IMG/VR virus record: IMGVR_UViG_2974513674_000001
Location: 32,001-96,000 of that record
Strand: one strand, 5' to 3'
From: a virus
Lineage: Duplodnaviria; Caudoviricetes
DNA length: 64,000 bases
In this document: piece after piece, positions 55,489 through 63,425 of the stretch
Layout: every line of letters starts with the position of its first letter
Numbering within the stretch: the stretch's first letter is position 1
Translations under genes and position numbers: made by a program
The notes under the pieces: generated by a model
The model's input: only the letters and a program-made list of their open reading frames with translations
Database searches by the model: none
Told to the model about the DNA's origin: nothing

Positions 55489-56100
55489 ATGAAGATTGTA
55501 GGCAAAGCAAAGGGCAAGGCTCCGAAAGCCTGGTCACTGATGAAAGACACCGTCACCGGTCACTACTACGTCGGCTGGGACGGGCACTGGCCTCTCAACG
55601 GCCCCGCTGATTCGGTCAACGCTTCAGCAGCAGCCGCTCGCGCTGCCCTGGGTCCAGAACCTGATCTTGGCGTAGACGTAGCATGGCCCGGGTTCCACAT
55701 TCATGGCCGCCCAGCTCACGCCACCCCTCTGACCCAGCAGCAGCTCGACGACTGGGCCGCGTATGAAGCGTCCAACAAGCGCAAGTACGCCCACAACGAA
55801 TGGCGCAAGCAGAAGAACATCAGCCAGGTTGAAGCGCTGGACTACGTGCCGATCTTTGAAGACGTGCTGGAGTTCCAGAACTACTCACGCGGCCGCAGCT
55901 CTGTGACGCTTGTGTTCAAGGCCAGCAACGGTCAATTCATCGAATTCGGCCCAAGCGGCATCGACGGGCTGATTCGGGGCATCATCGACGGCGTAGCTGC
56001 ACCGCAGTTCATTGCCGGCTCGCTGGAAAAGGGCATCAAGGCTCGCTTCAAGTTCGTGAAGAAAGGCGCGAACACCTACGCAGAACTGACTGAGGAATAA
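55489..56100 (+). CDS. Hypothetical protein
   Basis: GAGG SD. Confidence 0.6.
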   Translation: MKIVGKAKGKAPKAWSLMKDTVTGHYYVGWDGHWPLNGPADSVNASAAAARAALGPEPDLGVDVAWPGFHIHGRPAHATPLTQQQLDDWAAYEASNKRKYAHNEWRKQKNISQVEALDYVPIFEDVLEFQNYSRGRSSVTLVFKASNGQFIEFGPSGIDGLIRGIIDGVAAPQFIAGSLEKGIKARFKFVKKGANTYAELTEE

Positions 56101-56103
56101 GCA

Positions 56104-56313
56104 ATGTCCGGACTCGCCGTTATCGGATGGATCGTCATCGCAGCCATCGCAGTCTATTGCGTGGTCGTAGCAATCCAGATTTTCCGCTTCAGCCTGGGAT
56201 TCGCCGGAAAGGTCGCCGGCGAGTTCTACTTCCTGGCCGTAGTAGCCGTTATCTTCATCTGGCTCAGCTACTACACCTTCCCGTTCCATATCTCGATGGT
56301 GGTCGCGCAATGA
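56104..56313 (+). CDS. Small two-TM protein
   Basis: Hydrophobic, GAGGA SD. Confidence 0.55.
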   Translation: MSGLAVIGWIVIAAIAVYCVVVAIQIFRFSLGFAGKVAGEFYFLAVVAVIFIWLSYYTFPFHISMVVAQ

Positions 56314-56537
56314 TCTGGCTCCATCGACTGCGCAATCTGCCGATGCTCCTGGTCCTGCACCTGAAGCACAGCAACCAGTTCATGAAAGTGGAGGACGCCC
56401 AGCTCGATCTGTATGCAGCCTGCACGTCGATGCCGGGTGAAATCGAGATTCATGCTCAACTGACCCGGACTCTCGAAGCGGAACTTGAAACGATGGCTGA
56501 CATCGACGAGCGGATCGAGAAGCTATGGCACCGTTGA
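56310..56537 (+). CDS. Small hypothetical protein
   Basis: ATGA-coupled. Confidence 0.5.
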   Translation: MIWLHRLRNLPMLLVLHLKHSNQFMKVEDAQLDLYAACTSMPGEIEIHAQLTRTLEAELETMADIDERIEKLWHR

Positions 56538-56716
56538 AGTTTGAAGAAAGGCTCAAGCAGGTCTGCATCGCCGAAATGATGCAGCTCCTGGTTGTGCGAG
56601 CAGACCAGCTTCGTCGCGCTGACGAGATTCGCCAGCGTGAGGAAGATGAACTTGAAGAAGCCATACAAACTGAATGGCAAATCGAAACTCAAAAACTGAT
56701 GGGAGGTTGGGCATGA
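56525..56716 (+). CDS. Small coiled-coil protein with C-terminal tag (MGGWA)
   Basis: ORF in operon. Confidence 0.55.
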   Translation: MAPLKFEERLKQVCIAEMMQLLVVRADQLRRADEIRQREEDELEEAIQTEWQIETQKLMGGWA

Positions 56717-57336
56717 TCTGGCCGTTTACCGAATTGAAGAAGCTGCGTGACGCACTGGCTATGGCCAACGAGACCAACAAGCAAGCGGTCGAGAACTTCA
56801 CGTCGTTGCACCAGACCAGCGTCAAGCAGGGCAAGCTGATCGACAAGTTGAGCCAAGAACTCGAAAGAAAGCGTATGCGCCTGGTCGCTTGTGGTGTGGG
56901 TGCAATGGCGAACACCCGGGAGTCGGCAGCACAGCAGCGTGTGAAGCCGGATAGCCCGTACTACTGCGCCAGCGTCGGTGACGTCTACAGCGCGGTCGAC
57001 CGGGAAATGAAGCATCGCGAAGACCTTGAGTCAGCGCTGGATCGCATCGCTGACATGGTGAAAGGTGACGACGGGCAAGCCTGGAAAGAGGCTGAGAAGT
57101 TCCTCAGCCTACATCGCAGCACCAAGATTTGCGTCAAGTGCGGCAGCGACATGATCCCGATGCACAGCGAAGACAAGAAGCTGTGCAGCAACGGCGCCTG
57201 TGGTCATGAGGTGCTATGGACCTTAGCTGAAGGCCAGCACTATCAGTACAAGCGGAACGTCGAGCCCTTTGTCGAAGACCGGTCGAATCAGCAAGCAGAG
57301 CTTGAGCCTCCACGCGCCACCCTTGAGCGCTTATAA
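56713..57336 (+). CDS. Coiled-coil plus zinc-ribbon hypothetical protein
   Basis: CVKCG...CSNGAC. Confidence 0.6.
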   Translation: MIWPFTELKKLRDALAMANETNKQAVENFTSLHQTSVKQGKLIDKLSQELERKRMRLVACGVGAMANTRESAAQQRVKPDSPYYCASVGDVYSAVDREMKHREDLESALDRIADMVKGDDGQAWKEAEKFLSLHRSTKICVKCGSDMIPMHSEDKKLCSNGACGHEVLWTLAEGQHYQYKRNVEPFVEDRSNQQAELEPPRATLERL

Positions 57337-57337
57337 T
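57306..57337 (+). promoter_or_regulatory. Phage promoter overlapping the upstream gene end
   Basis: GCC-N7-GCC-N13-TATAAT(57332). Confidence 0.6.
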
Positions 57338-57364
57338 CAAATCTGTTAGCAAGAGGAAATCGTT

Positions 57365-57583
57365 ATGCCTTCAATCGCAATTTGCCCGAACGCTGACATC
57401 CCGGTGGACATCGTCAAGAACCTCAAGGGGTTCGAGACACCACTCGAAGGTGCCAAGTTCCTGATCGAAATGCACCTGAACGCTGCAAAGGGCCGGCTTG
57501 AAGCGTCCCGTCTGTTGGCTGAAGTCGACGACATGGTTCGCAAAGCCAAATCTGACTGTATCGACGAACACTTCGGTGACTGA
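57365..57583 (+). CDS. Small hypothetical protein
   Basis: GAGG SD. Confidence 0.55.
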   Translation: MPSIAICPNADIPVDIVKNLKGFETPLEGAKFLIEMHLNAAKGRLEASRLLAEVDDMVRKAKSDCIDEHFGD

Positions 57584-57685
57584 ATGAGCCGCATCAAGGC
57601 TTTTGTTGAAGAAGATCCAGAGCTGATCGTGATCATGGGCATTTTGTCCGTGATCACCGGCATCACCATTCTCGTATTGAGGTAG
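57584..57685 (+). CDS. 33-aa membrane peptide (not in the ORF track)
   Basis: Fills the gap exactly; single TM. Confidence 0.4.
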   Translation: MSRIKAFVEEDPELIVIMGILSVITGITILVLR

Positions 57686-57690
57686 ACATC

Positions 57691-58032
57691 ATGGCACTGC
57701 ACGTCAAAACCAACCTGCAAACCTCGCTGGTCAACAAGGCCACCAACCCGGACTACTTCTACAGCGAAGACGCTGAAGATGGCGATGCTGGCATGACTCT
57801 GCCGGCAATGCAGAAGCTGGTCGGTGGCTTCATCCAAGTCGTCAATCTGCGCAAGCCCCTGGTCGTCGAGGGTATCTCCTACGTCCACCTGGTCTGCAAC
57901 GAAGAAGGCAAGCTGAGCGGCCTGGCGTTCAACGCAATCGCCACCCGGCTGGCCAAGCTCGACAACTCGATCAGCGTCGGTGATGTGATCGTTGGCGACG
58001 TGCTGCTGCTTGAGCGCGGGGAAATCAACTGA
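57691..58032 (+). CDS. DUF3846-like protein
   Basis: MQKLVGGFIQVV...CNEEGKL..L..N..AT...IVGDVLL. Confidence 0.7.
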   Translation: MALHVKTNLQTSLVNKATNPDYFYSEDAEDGDAGMTLPAMQKLVGGFIQVVNLRKPLVVEGISYVHLVCNEEGKLSGLAFNAIATRLAKLDNSISVGDVIVGDVLLLERGEIN

Positions 58033-58286
58033 TGGCCGTGCGCAACTTCGTCTCGATCCAGGTTCAGCCCACAATCCTCACCGGGCGCGGCGCTGAACTG
58101 GTCTCGATCAAGAACGGTGACTCTACTCACTGGTCGATCTACCTCCGCAAGCCGGAAGGGACCGTAGAGTGGCTCGAAGACATCGCCATCAACAAGGGCA
58201 ACCCGGGCACTGCCTTCAGCAAGGCTCACATTCGTGCCGCCGAGCTGTCGATGCAGTATCAGCTCCCAATCGAGAAGGTGTTCTGA
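58032..58286 (+). CDS. Hypothetical protein
   Basis: TGATG-coupled. Confidence 0.55.
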   Translation: MAVRNFVSIQVQPTILTGRGAELVSIKNGDSTHWSIYLRKPEGTVEWLEDIAINKGNPGTAFSKAHIRAAELSMQYQLPIEKVF

Positions 58287-58450
58287 TGGCCCGCCTGATA
58301 ACCGAAGAGCAACTGGCTGAAATCATCAACGACCTGCGTCAGCAGCCAGGGTGCATTCAGAGCGATAGATACCGGTTCGCCAACGATCACGCCTCCGAAA
58401 TGATCATCAGCAAGCTCAAAACTCTGCCGAAGACCGAAGAGACTGAATAA
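58286..58450 (+). CDS. Small hypothetical protein
   Basis: TGATG-coupled. Confidence 0.45.
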   Translation: MARLITEEQLAEIINDLRQQPGCIQSDRYRFANDHASEMIISKLKTLPKTEETE

Positions 58451-58884
58451 TGGTCAAGTCCGTCGCTCACAAGATCGACGAGCGGGCTCTGCTGCCAGAG
58501 CCCAAGACTTGCCCGTACTGCAAGTCACCCGTCAAATACACCAGTCACGCCGAAATCTACGGTGGTCGCACCTTCAGTGATTGGCCATTCATCTACCTCT
58601 GCACCAACAAGCCATGCAGCGCGAGCGTCGGTGTACACGCCGGCACCAACCACCCGCTGGGCACCCTGGCTGATACAGCCACCAAGAACGCACGCAAAGC
58701 AGCTCATGCTGCCTTCGACCCCATCTGGAAGTCTCAGAAGAACAAGGGCAAGGCCCGGGTTGAAGCCTATCAGTGGCTCGCTGACCAGCTCGACATCGAG
58801 CGCTGGCGCTGTCACATCAGTTGGTTCGACATCAGCTACTGCCAGGCCGTCATCAAGGCTGTAGCAGCCCGCGACACCAAGTAA
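58450..58884 (+). CDS. DUF3268-like zinc-finger protein
   Basis: CPYC...YLC..C.A.VGVH.GT..PLGTLA...AH..FDPIW...AY.WLA. Confidence 0.75.
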   Translation: MVKSVAHKIDERALLPEPKTCPYCKSPVKYTSHAEIYGGRTFSDWPFIYLCTNKPCSASVGVHAGTNHPLGTLADTATKNARKAAHAAFDPIWKSQKNKGKARVEAYQWLADQLDIERWRCHISWFDISYCQAVIKAVAARDTK

Positions 58885-58906
58885 GTCTCCTGGGCTTCAC
58901 TCGAAG

Positions 58907-58942
58907 CCCAGCCTCCCCCTCTCTCACAGCTCGTATAATCGA
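58907..58942 (+). promoter_or_regulatory. Phage promoter
   Basis: CCC-N7-CCC-N14-TATAAT(58934). Confidence 0.65.
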
Positions 58943-58994
58943 CGTCACAGACAAAGCGCAGTCGTTGCGCAGTCACAGTGAGGGAACGTCGCAT

Positions 58995-59213
58995 ATGAGC
59001 TTACAAGAGCTTTTCCGCAATGCTCGACAGCTTGAGCAATTCGAGCAATCAGCACGCGATCAGGGTTTCACGAACTTCGGCAAGCGTGGCGGGTTCTACA
59101 ACCTGTCCGACCTGAACATCTTCGCATCCGGCTACCTGGCCTGCCTGAAGTCGCTGCCAAAACCTGAGAAGGCGCACGTCATCGACGTTGAGCGAGTGGC
59201 ATCGTGCATCTGA
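58995..59213 (+). CDS. Small hypothetical protein
   Basis: GAGGG SD. Confidence 0.5.
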   Translation: MSLQELFRNARQLEQFEQSARDQGFTNFGKRGGFYNLSDLNIFASGYLACLKSLPKPEKAHVIDVERVASCI

Positions 59214-59749
59214 GTCCTGAGTACAACCTGGTCAAGTCCTACTACGGTGATCAGCGCGCCAAGCGTTCCGGTGTCCTCAAGATGAACCACATCGACGAAG
59301 GCATCGAAATGCTGCGTGTGATGGGTGCAAGTGAGCTGGCCATCAAAGCCTACTGCCTGCACCCTCTGGCCCAGGGTGGTGACTTCGGCTGGGAAATGGT
59401 TCTGACCACGCCCGGCCTGAACCCGAAAGCCGTGATCCTCTCGACCCAGTATCGTGACAAGGCAAACGCCTACCTGTGCCGGCCCAACACCGATCACTAC
59501 ACGGTCGAGAGCCTGAACGACGTCATTGGCCCTCTGAGCCAAGACCTGATCCACATGCTGGTGGCTGACAAGATCCAGAACGAGAAAGACTTCGATCTGT
59601 ATCACAAGGGCACCCACGCTCGCAGCGCCGAACTCTCCCGGTACTTCTGCATCTGGCTCGACTACCTTGAGGTGGCTGAAGCCAACCTGAAGAAAGAATC
59701 CGGCCGTCTGAAGTACCGCCATAAATACCGCGACCACAAGAAGAAGTGA
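59204..59749 (+). CDS. Degenerate HD-domain (SpoT/Mesh1-like) protein
   Basis: RAKRSGVLKMNH / AYCLHP / LVADKIQN resemble RKSGEPYIxH / AALLHD / VKLADRLHN. Confidence 0.45.
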   Translation: MHLSPEYNLVKSYYGDQRAKRSGVLKMNHIDEGIEMLRVMGASELAIKAYCLHPLAQGGDFGWEMVLTTPGLNPKAVILSTQYRDKANAYLCRPNTDHYTVESLNDVIGPLSQDLIHMLVADKIQNEKDFDLYHKGTHARSAELSRYFCIWLDYLEVAEANLKKESGRLKYRHKYRDHKKK

Positions 59750-61116
59750 CCATGACAACTATCCACCGCGTTTTCCTCTACAGCAGCGACGTCGGCCGTC
59801 TGACACACGAAGACGACTTCAACACCCCCGAAGAAGCGAAAGCCTGCGTCGAGCAGTGGATCGATGACCGTGATTGGGATGAAGAGCTGGAACGTGGCAT
59901 GTTCCGCATCGACGTGCGCAAGAACGGCCACCTGAAGGGCAACTACGGCGCCTACGCTCACGCCTATCCGATCCTGAAGAAGCCTGTGAGCGTCGAAGGC
60001 GAGAGCATCGAAGCCTTCAACGAGAAGAACCGCAAGTACCAGACCGACATCCAGGTCAAGTCGCGCCAGATCCTGGGTCATGTGCCGTATCCGACCCGTG
60101 AATGTGCTGAGCTGGCCATCGACCGAGCTGTTGACGAGCTGGCTCAAGAGCTGGACATCAGGCTGTACGGCCGCATTCAGCGTGAGCAGCGCGCTGCCGG
60201 CATTCATGAGCGCTTCATCACCGACCTCACGCCATTCGGCTTCAAGGTCTATCGCGGTGATGGTCCGAAGTTCCAGTACGACGAATCGGTGACCATCGAA
60301 GACCTGAAAAACCTGAAGTTCCCAGAGCCGAGCACCATCCTCTCGAAAAGACAGGGTTTCGACGTCAAGTCCGGCGCTCTGCGAGTCACCGACCCTTGCT
60401 ACAGCCTGGACACCTGGTGTGCCGGCACCACCAGCAACGTCATGAATGGCCGCTGGCTCGCACAAGTTGGCCAGCACCGTGAAGCGATGGACAAGTGGAC
60501 GAAAGAACGCTTCGAGAAAGAAATCGCCGAGCTTGAGAACCCGGAAGAGCAGATTCGGGTCAAGCAACTGCAAGAAGCCATCAAGAACCTGGATGGCCTT
60601 GAGCTTGAAGAGGCTCAGAAGAACCTCAAGGGCCTGATTGGCTTCTACGAGAGCCACGCACTGCGCGAGTTCGGCCGCTGCTGGGGCAACCCTGACGACT
60701 GGAGCGGTCGAGTAGCCTTCCTGCACATCCGGCATGAGTCTGTAGCGAACGAGCCGATTGACCCGCTCTCCTTCGTGCCGAACGATGACTTCCAGGTTGG
60801 TGTGGACAGTGGACAGGCCGGGTTCTTTGACCTCGCACCGTTCGAGCTGGTCGCAGCCCAGAAGGAACATAAGGGCGACACGCCAGAACATGAAGCCTTC
60901 TACGAGGCGTGCGGCGAGAACACCCTGGGATCGGAAATGTGGGGCATCGTCCAGGGTATGGGTTGCGTCAGCAGCAGCGGTTATGGCGACGGCGGCTACA
61001 AGCTGTGCGAACGTCGCAACGAAGCCGGCGAGCTGATCGAGGCTCGCATCGTCTACATGCTCGAAGGCAGCGAAATGTTCCCGGGCATTGGCGGTGACGA
61101 AGAAGACGAGGAATAA
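59746..61116 (+). CDS. Multi-domain protein with DUF4241-like C-domain
   Basis: SGALRVTDPCY, GVDSGQAGFFD, SGYGDGGY. Confidence 0.6.
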   Translation: MTMTTIHRVFLYSSDVGRLTHEDDFNTPEEAKACVEQWIDDRDWDEELERGMFRIDVRKNGHLKGNYGAYAHAYPILKKPVSVEGESIEAFNEKNRKYQTDIQVKSRQILGHVPYPTRECAELAIDRAVDELAQELDIRLYGRIQREQRAAGIHERFITDLTPFGFKVYRGDGPKFQYDESVTIEDLKNLKFPEPSTILSKRQGFDVKSGALRVTDPCYSLDTWCAGTTSNVMNGRWLAQVGQHREAMDKWTKERFEKEIAELENPEEQIRVKQLQEAIKNLDGLELEEAQKNLKGLIGFYESHALREFGRCWGNPDDWSGRVAFLHIRHESVANEPIDPLSFVPNDDFQVGVDSGQAGFFDLAPFELVAAQKEHKGDTPEHEAFYEACGENTLGSEMWGIVQGMGCVSSSGYGDGGYKLCERRNEAGELIEARIVYMLEGSEMFPGIGGDEEDEE

Positions 61117-61120
61117 GTAG

Positions 61121-61513
61121 ATGGCCACATTGACCGGCAAGCTGATCGCAAAAGCCCAACGTGCAATCGTGGCCTACTACCACCTCTGCACCGATCATGA
61201 CGACTGGGGCACCCTGGATGAGCACTGGCTTCAGGTTCTCGCTGAGAGCCCGGCACCAGGCTACTTGAACAGGTACTTCGTCCGAGTCAAGAACACCAGA
61301 CGCTTCGAGCACCAGAAGAACGCTCTGAGCGACATCGACCGCAGCAGAGGCATCATGTGCGTCACCTTTCTGCATGGGTCGATCACACCTGACACCGGGT
61401 GGTACATCAAGCCGAGTGGTCGCCATGCAAACCCACTCGAAAACTATCAACATAGAGACGCGCAAGAAGAGATTGCGACCAACAGACCAGAGAATTTCGG
61501 GAGCTGGGCATGA
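61121..61513 (+). CDS. Hypothetical protein with C-terminal tag (RPENFGSWA)
   Basis: GAGGA SD. Confidence 0.6.
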   Translation: MATLTGKLIAKAQRAIVAYYHLCTDHDDWGTLDEHWLQVLAESPAPGYLNRYFVRVKNTRRFEHQKNALSDIDRSRGIMCVTFLHGSITPDTGWYIKPSGRHANPLENYQHRDAQEEIATNRPENFGSWA

Positions 61514-61926
61514 GTGGTATGAACACCGAGCAGTGCAAAGAGCTGATCATGAAGGTGATGAACGAGCTGATCACCAAAGTTGGTCTGAACGCAATGGCCG
61601 TCTACCGCCAGGAGACTGGCAGCTCGCTTCAAGATGTGCTCGACACCAAGAAGTGGAAACGCACGCGCAAGTGGGGATCGGCCGGCAACGTCAGCCGTGA
61701 GTTCTCGCACATGGGCTTCAGGGCCACCGTCGTGCTGCGTGAGGTGATAAACACAGACGGCACGCTCAGTGTCGAGATTGAAATGGGTGAGCTGCCGAAA
61801 CCTCTGCAAGAGGCAACGAAAGACCTGAAAGACCTTGACCTGCCGGGCGATCAGACCGCGCGGCGCGTAGACAAACCATCAATGACAGAGGGGCCGAAGC
61901 CAGAAGGTTTCGGGGCATTCGCATGA
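61510..61926 (+). CDS. Hypothetical protein with C-terminal tag (KPEGFGAFA)
   Basis: ATGA-coupled. Confidence 0.6.
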   Translation: MSGMNTEQCKELIMKVMNELITKVGLNAMAVYRQETGSSLQDVLDTKKWKRTRKWGSAGNVSREFSHMGFRATVVLREVINTDGTLSVEIEMGELPKPLQEATKDLKDLDLPGDQTARRVDKPSMTEGPKPEGFGAFA

Positions 61927-62231
61927 GCATCTTGACCCGCAAGGTTACTATCAAAGAGGACGAGCTGGGCCTGTTCGTGCTGTACAAGCCCAGGTTTCCT
62001 CAGAAGAACATGGGTGACAAGTTCGTCATCCGGCTGCCGGCCAAGCGAAATATGTTCGACAGCGACAAGATCGACCCGCCGTTCGAGGCAGGTCAGAAGG
62101 TGCTGGTGCAGGAATTCAACCCGAACATGGGCTGGTTCAAGGTACGGCGTCAGGGTGATGGGCAGTATGGGCTGTGGGATGGCCCACGCTGGGTAACTAA
62201 CGGATTCACGGCATGTTGGGTGGAGCAATGA
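61923..62231 (+). CDS. Hypothetical protein
   Basis: ATGA-coupled. Confidence 0.55.
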   Translation: MSILTRKVTIKEDELGLFVLYKPRFPQKNMGDKFVIRLPAKRNMFDSDKIDPPFEAGQKVLVQEFNPNMGWFKVRRQGDGQYGLWDGPRWVTNGFTACWVEQ

Positions 62232-62413
62232 ACCACGAAATCTTCCGCAAAGAGTACGGCGGCGAAGACATCAACGACATCGAACGGGATATGTCTGAAG
62301 CCTTCGATCCAGATTACAACCCGAAAGCGGCCATCGTGACCACTGACGAGCATGGCTTCGTCAACGGCAAGGTTGTCGTCACCATGACCTGGGTGCCCGA
62401 CGATGAATCTTGA
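62228..62413 (+). CDS. Small acidic hypothetical protein
   Basis: GGAG SD, ATGA-coupled. Confidence 0.5.
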   Translation: MNHEIFRKEYGGEDINDIERDMSEAFDPDYNPKAAIVTTDEHGFVNGKVVVTMTWVPDDES

Positions 62414-62579
62414 AACCCCCTGCACTGACGAGCCAACAAATTCTGCCGTATTCAACATCGACAAAGATGAAGGCTTTCTCAGCATTGAGCTTGAGCTGAA
62501 TGATGGCGACACCCACATGACTCTCATGAGCCTGAAAGACGCCGAAGTTTTGCGTCAGTGGCTGTGTGACAACCTGTGA
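62403..62579 (+). CDS. Small acidic hypothetical protein (not in the ORF track)
   Basis: 58-aa ORF filling the gap, GTGA-coupled to the next gene. Confidence 0.45.
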   Translation: MNLETPCTDEPTNSAVFNIDKDEGFLSIELELNDGDTHMTLMSLKDAEVLRQWLCDNL

Positions 62580-62947
62580 GTAAGTTCAACCCATACGCGC
62601 TGAACAAGCCGTGCGAGAACTGCCCGTTCCTGAAAGACGAGAGCAAGGCCATCAGGCTGCAACGAGGCCGGCGTGACGGGATCATCGAAGACCTGCTCGA
62701 CGGCTCAGTAACCGGCTTCTCATGTCACAAGACAGTCCACAGCAAGACGGGCGGCGAGTGGGATGAAGATGGGGACGGCAGCTACATCCCGTCAGGCCGT
62801 GAGCTTGAGTGCGCCGGTGCTATCGCCGTACTTGAGAAGCTGAATCGTCCCACTCAGCTCATGCGCATCATGGAACGCATGGGTGCATATGACCGCAACA
62901 AGTACATCCCTCTCTTCGATCTGGTCATCGACTACGATCCCACCTGA
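62576..62947 (+). CDS. Cys/His metal-binding protein, paralogous to 12738..13154
   Basis: PCENCPF...FSCHK...CAG. Confidence 0.6.
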   Translation: MSKFNPYALNKPCENCPFLKDESKAIRLQRGRRDGIIEDLLDGSVTGFSCHKTVHSKTGGEWDEDGDGSYIPSGRELECAGAIAVLEKLNRPTQLMRIMERMGAYDRNKYIPLFDLVIDYDPT

Positions 62948-62958
62948 TCTGCTAAGGT

Positions 62959-62982
62959 AAAGCCCTCACTTCAGAGGGCTTT
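62959..62982 (+). terminator. Hairpin (terminator or SD-sequestering)
   Basis: AAAGCCCTC-acttca-GAGGGCTTT overlapping the SD of 62986. Confidence 0.5.
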
Positions 62983-62985
62983 ATC

Positions 62986-63330
62986 ATGAGCAAGACCGAA
63001 TTCACCTTCAAAGTTTCCGGCGACACCACCATCGGTAAGCTGGTCACCTCCCAGAAACACCCGGCCGCCACACTTGAGCTGAAAGATGGCACTGTCACGC
63101 TGAACAGCCGTGAGTACCTCAGTTCTGAACCTGTCAGCCAGGTCATCGTGCAGGGTGTGAAGCGCGGCGCCATCCTCAATATCACCGTCGAGCGCACTGA
63201 ACGTCAGGTGCTGACCGTTACAGTCGATGAACACAAGGTGGTCAGCCATTTGAACTGGCCGTCGTACCGCGGCGAGCCAATGAGCTTCACCTTCAAGCGC
63301 GGCCAGAAGCCGTCAGAGCTGGCTGAGTAA
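62986..63330 (+). CDS. Hypothetical beta-rich protein
   Basis: ORF with phage codon usage. Confidence 0.55.
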   Translation: MSKTEFTFKVSGDTTIGKLVTSQKHPAATLELKDGTVTLNSREYLSSEPVSQVIVQGVKRGAILNITVERTERQVLTVTVDEHKVVSHLNWPSYRGEPMSFTFKRGQKPSELAE

Positions 63331-63360
63331 CCAAAGTGCGCTGCTGGTCGCCGACTGGCA

Positions 63361-63392
63361 GCCACGCACTGCCTTGATCTGTCTCGTAAAAT
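63361..63392 (+). promoter_or_regulatory. Phage promoter
   Basis: GCCACGCACTGCC-N13-TAAAAT(63387). Confidence 0.7.
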
Positions 63393-63425
63393 GCTTGCAC
63401 ACGTCACAAACGAGAGTGCAAGAAA

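Noticed and set aside
3300-61140. Long minus-strand ORFs (e.g. 3300..5057, 22500..24302, 37202..39553, 59662..61140)
   Set aside because: Antisense shadows of codon-biased plus-strand genes; no recognisable motifs, SDs or promoters.
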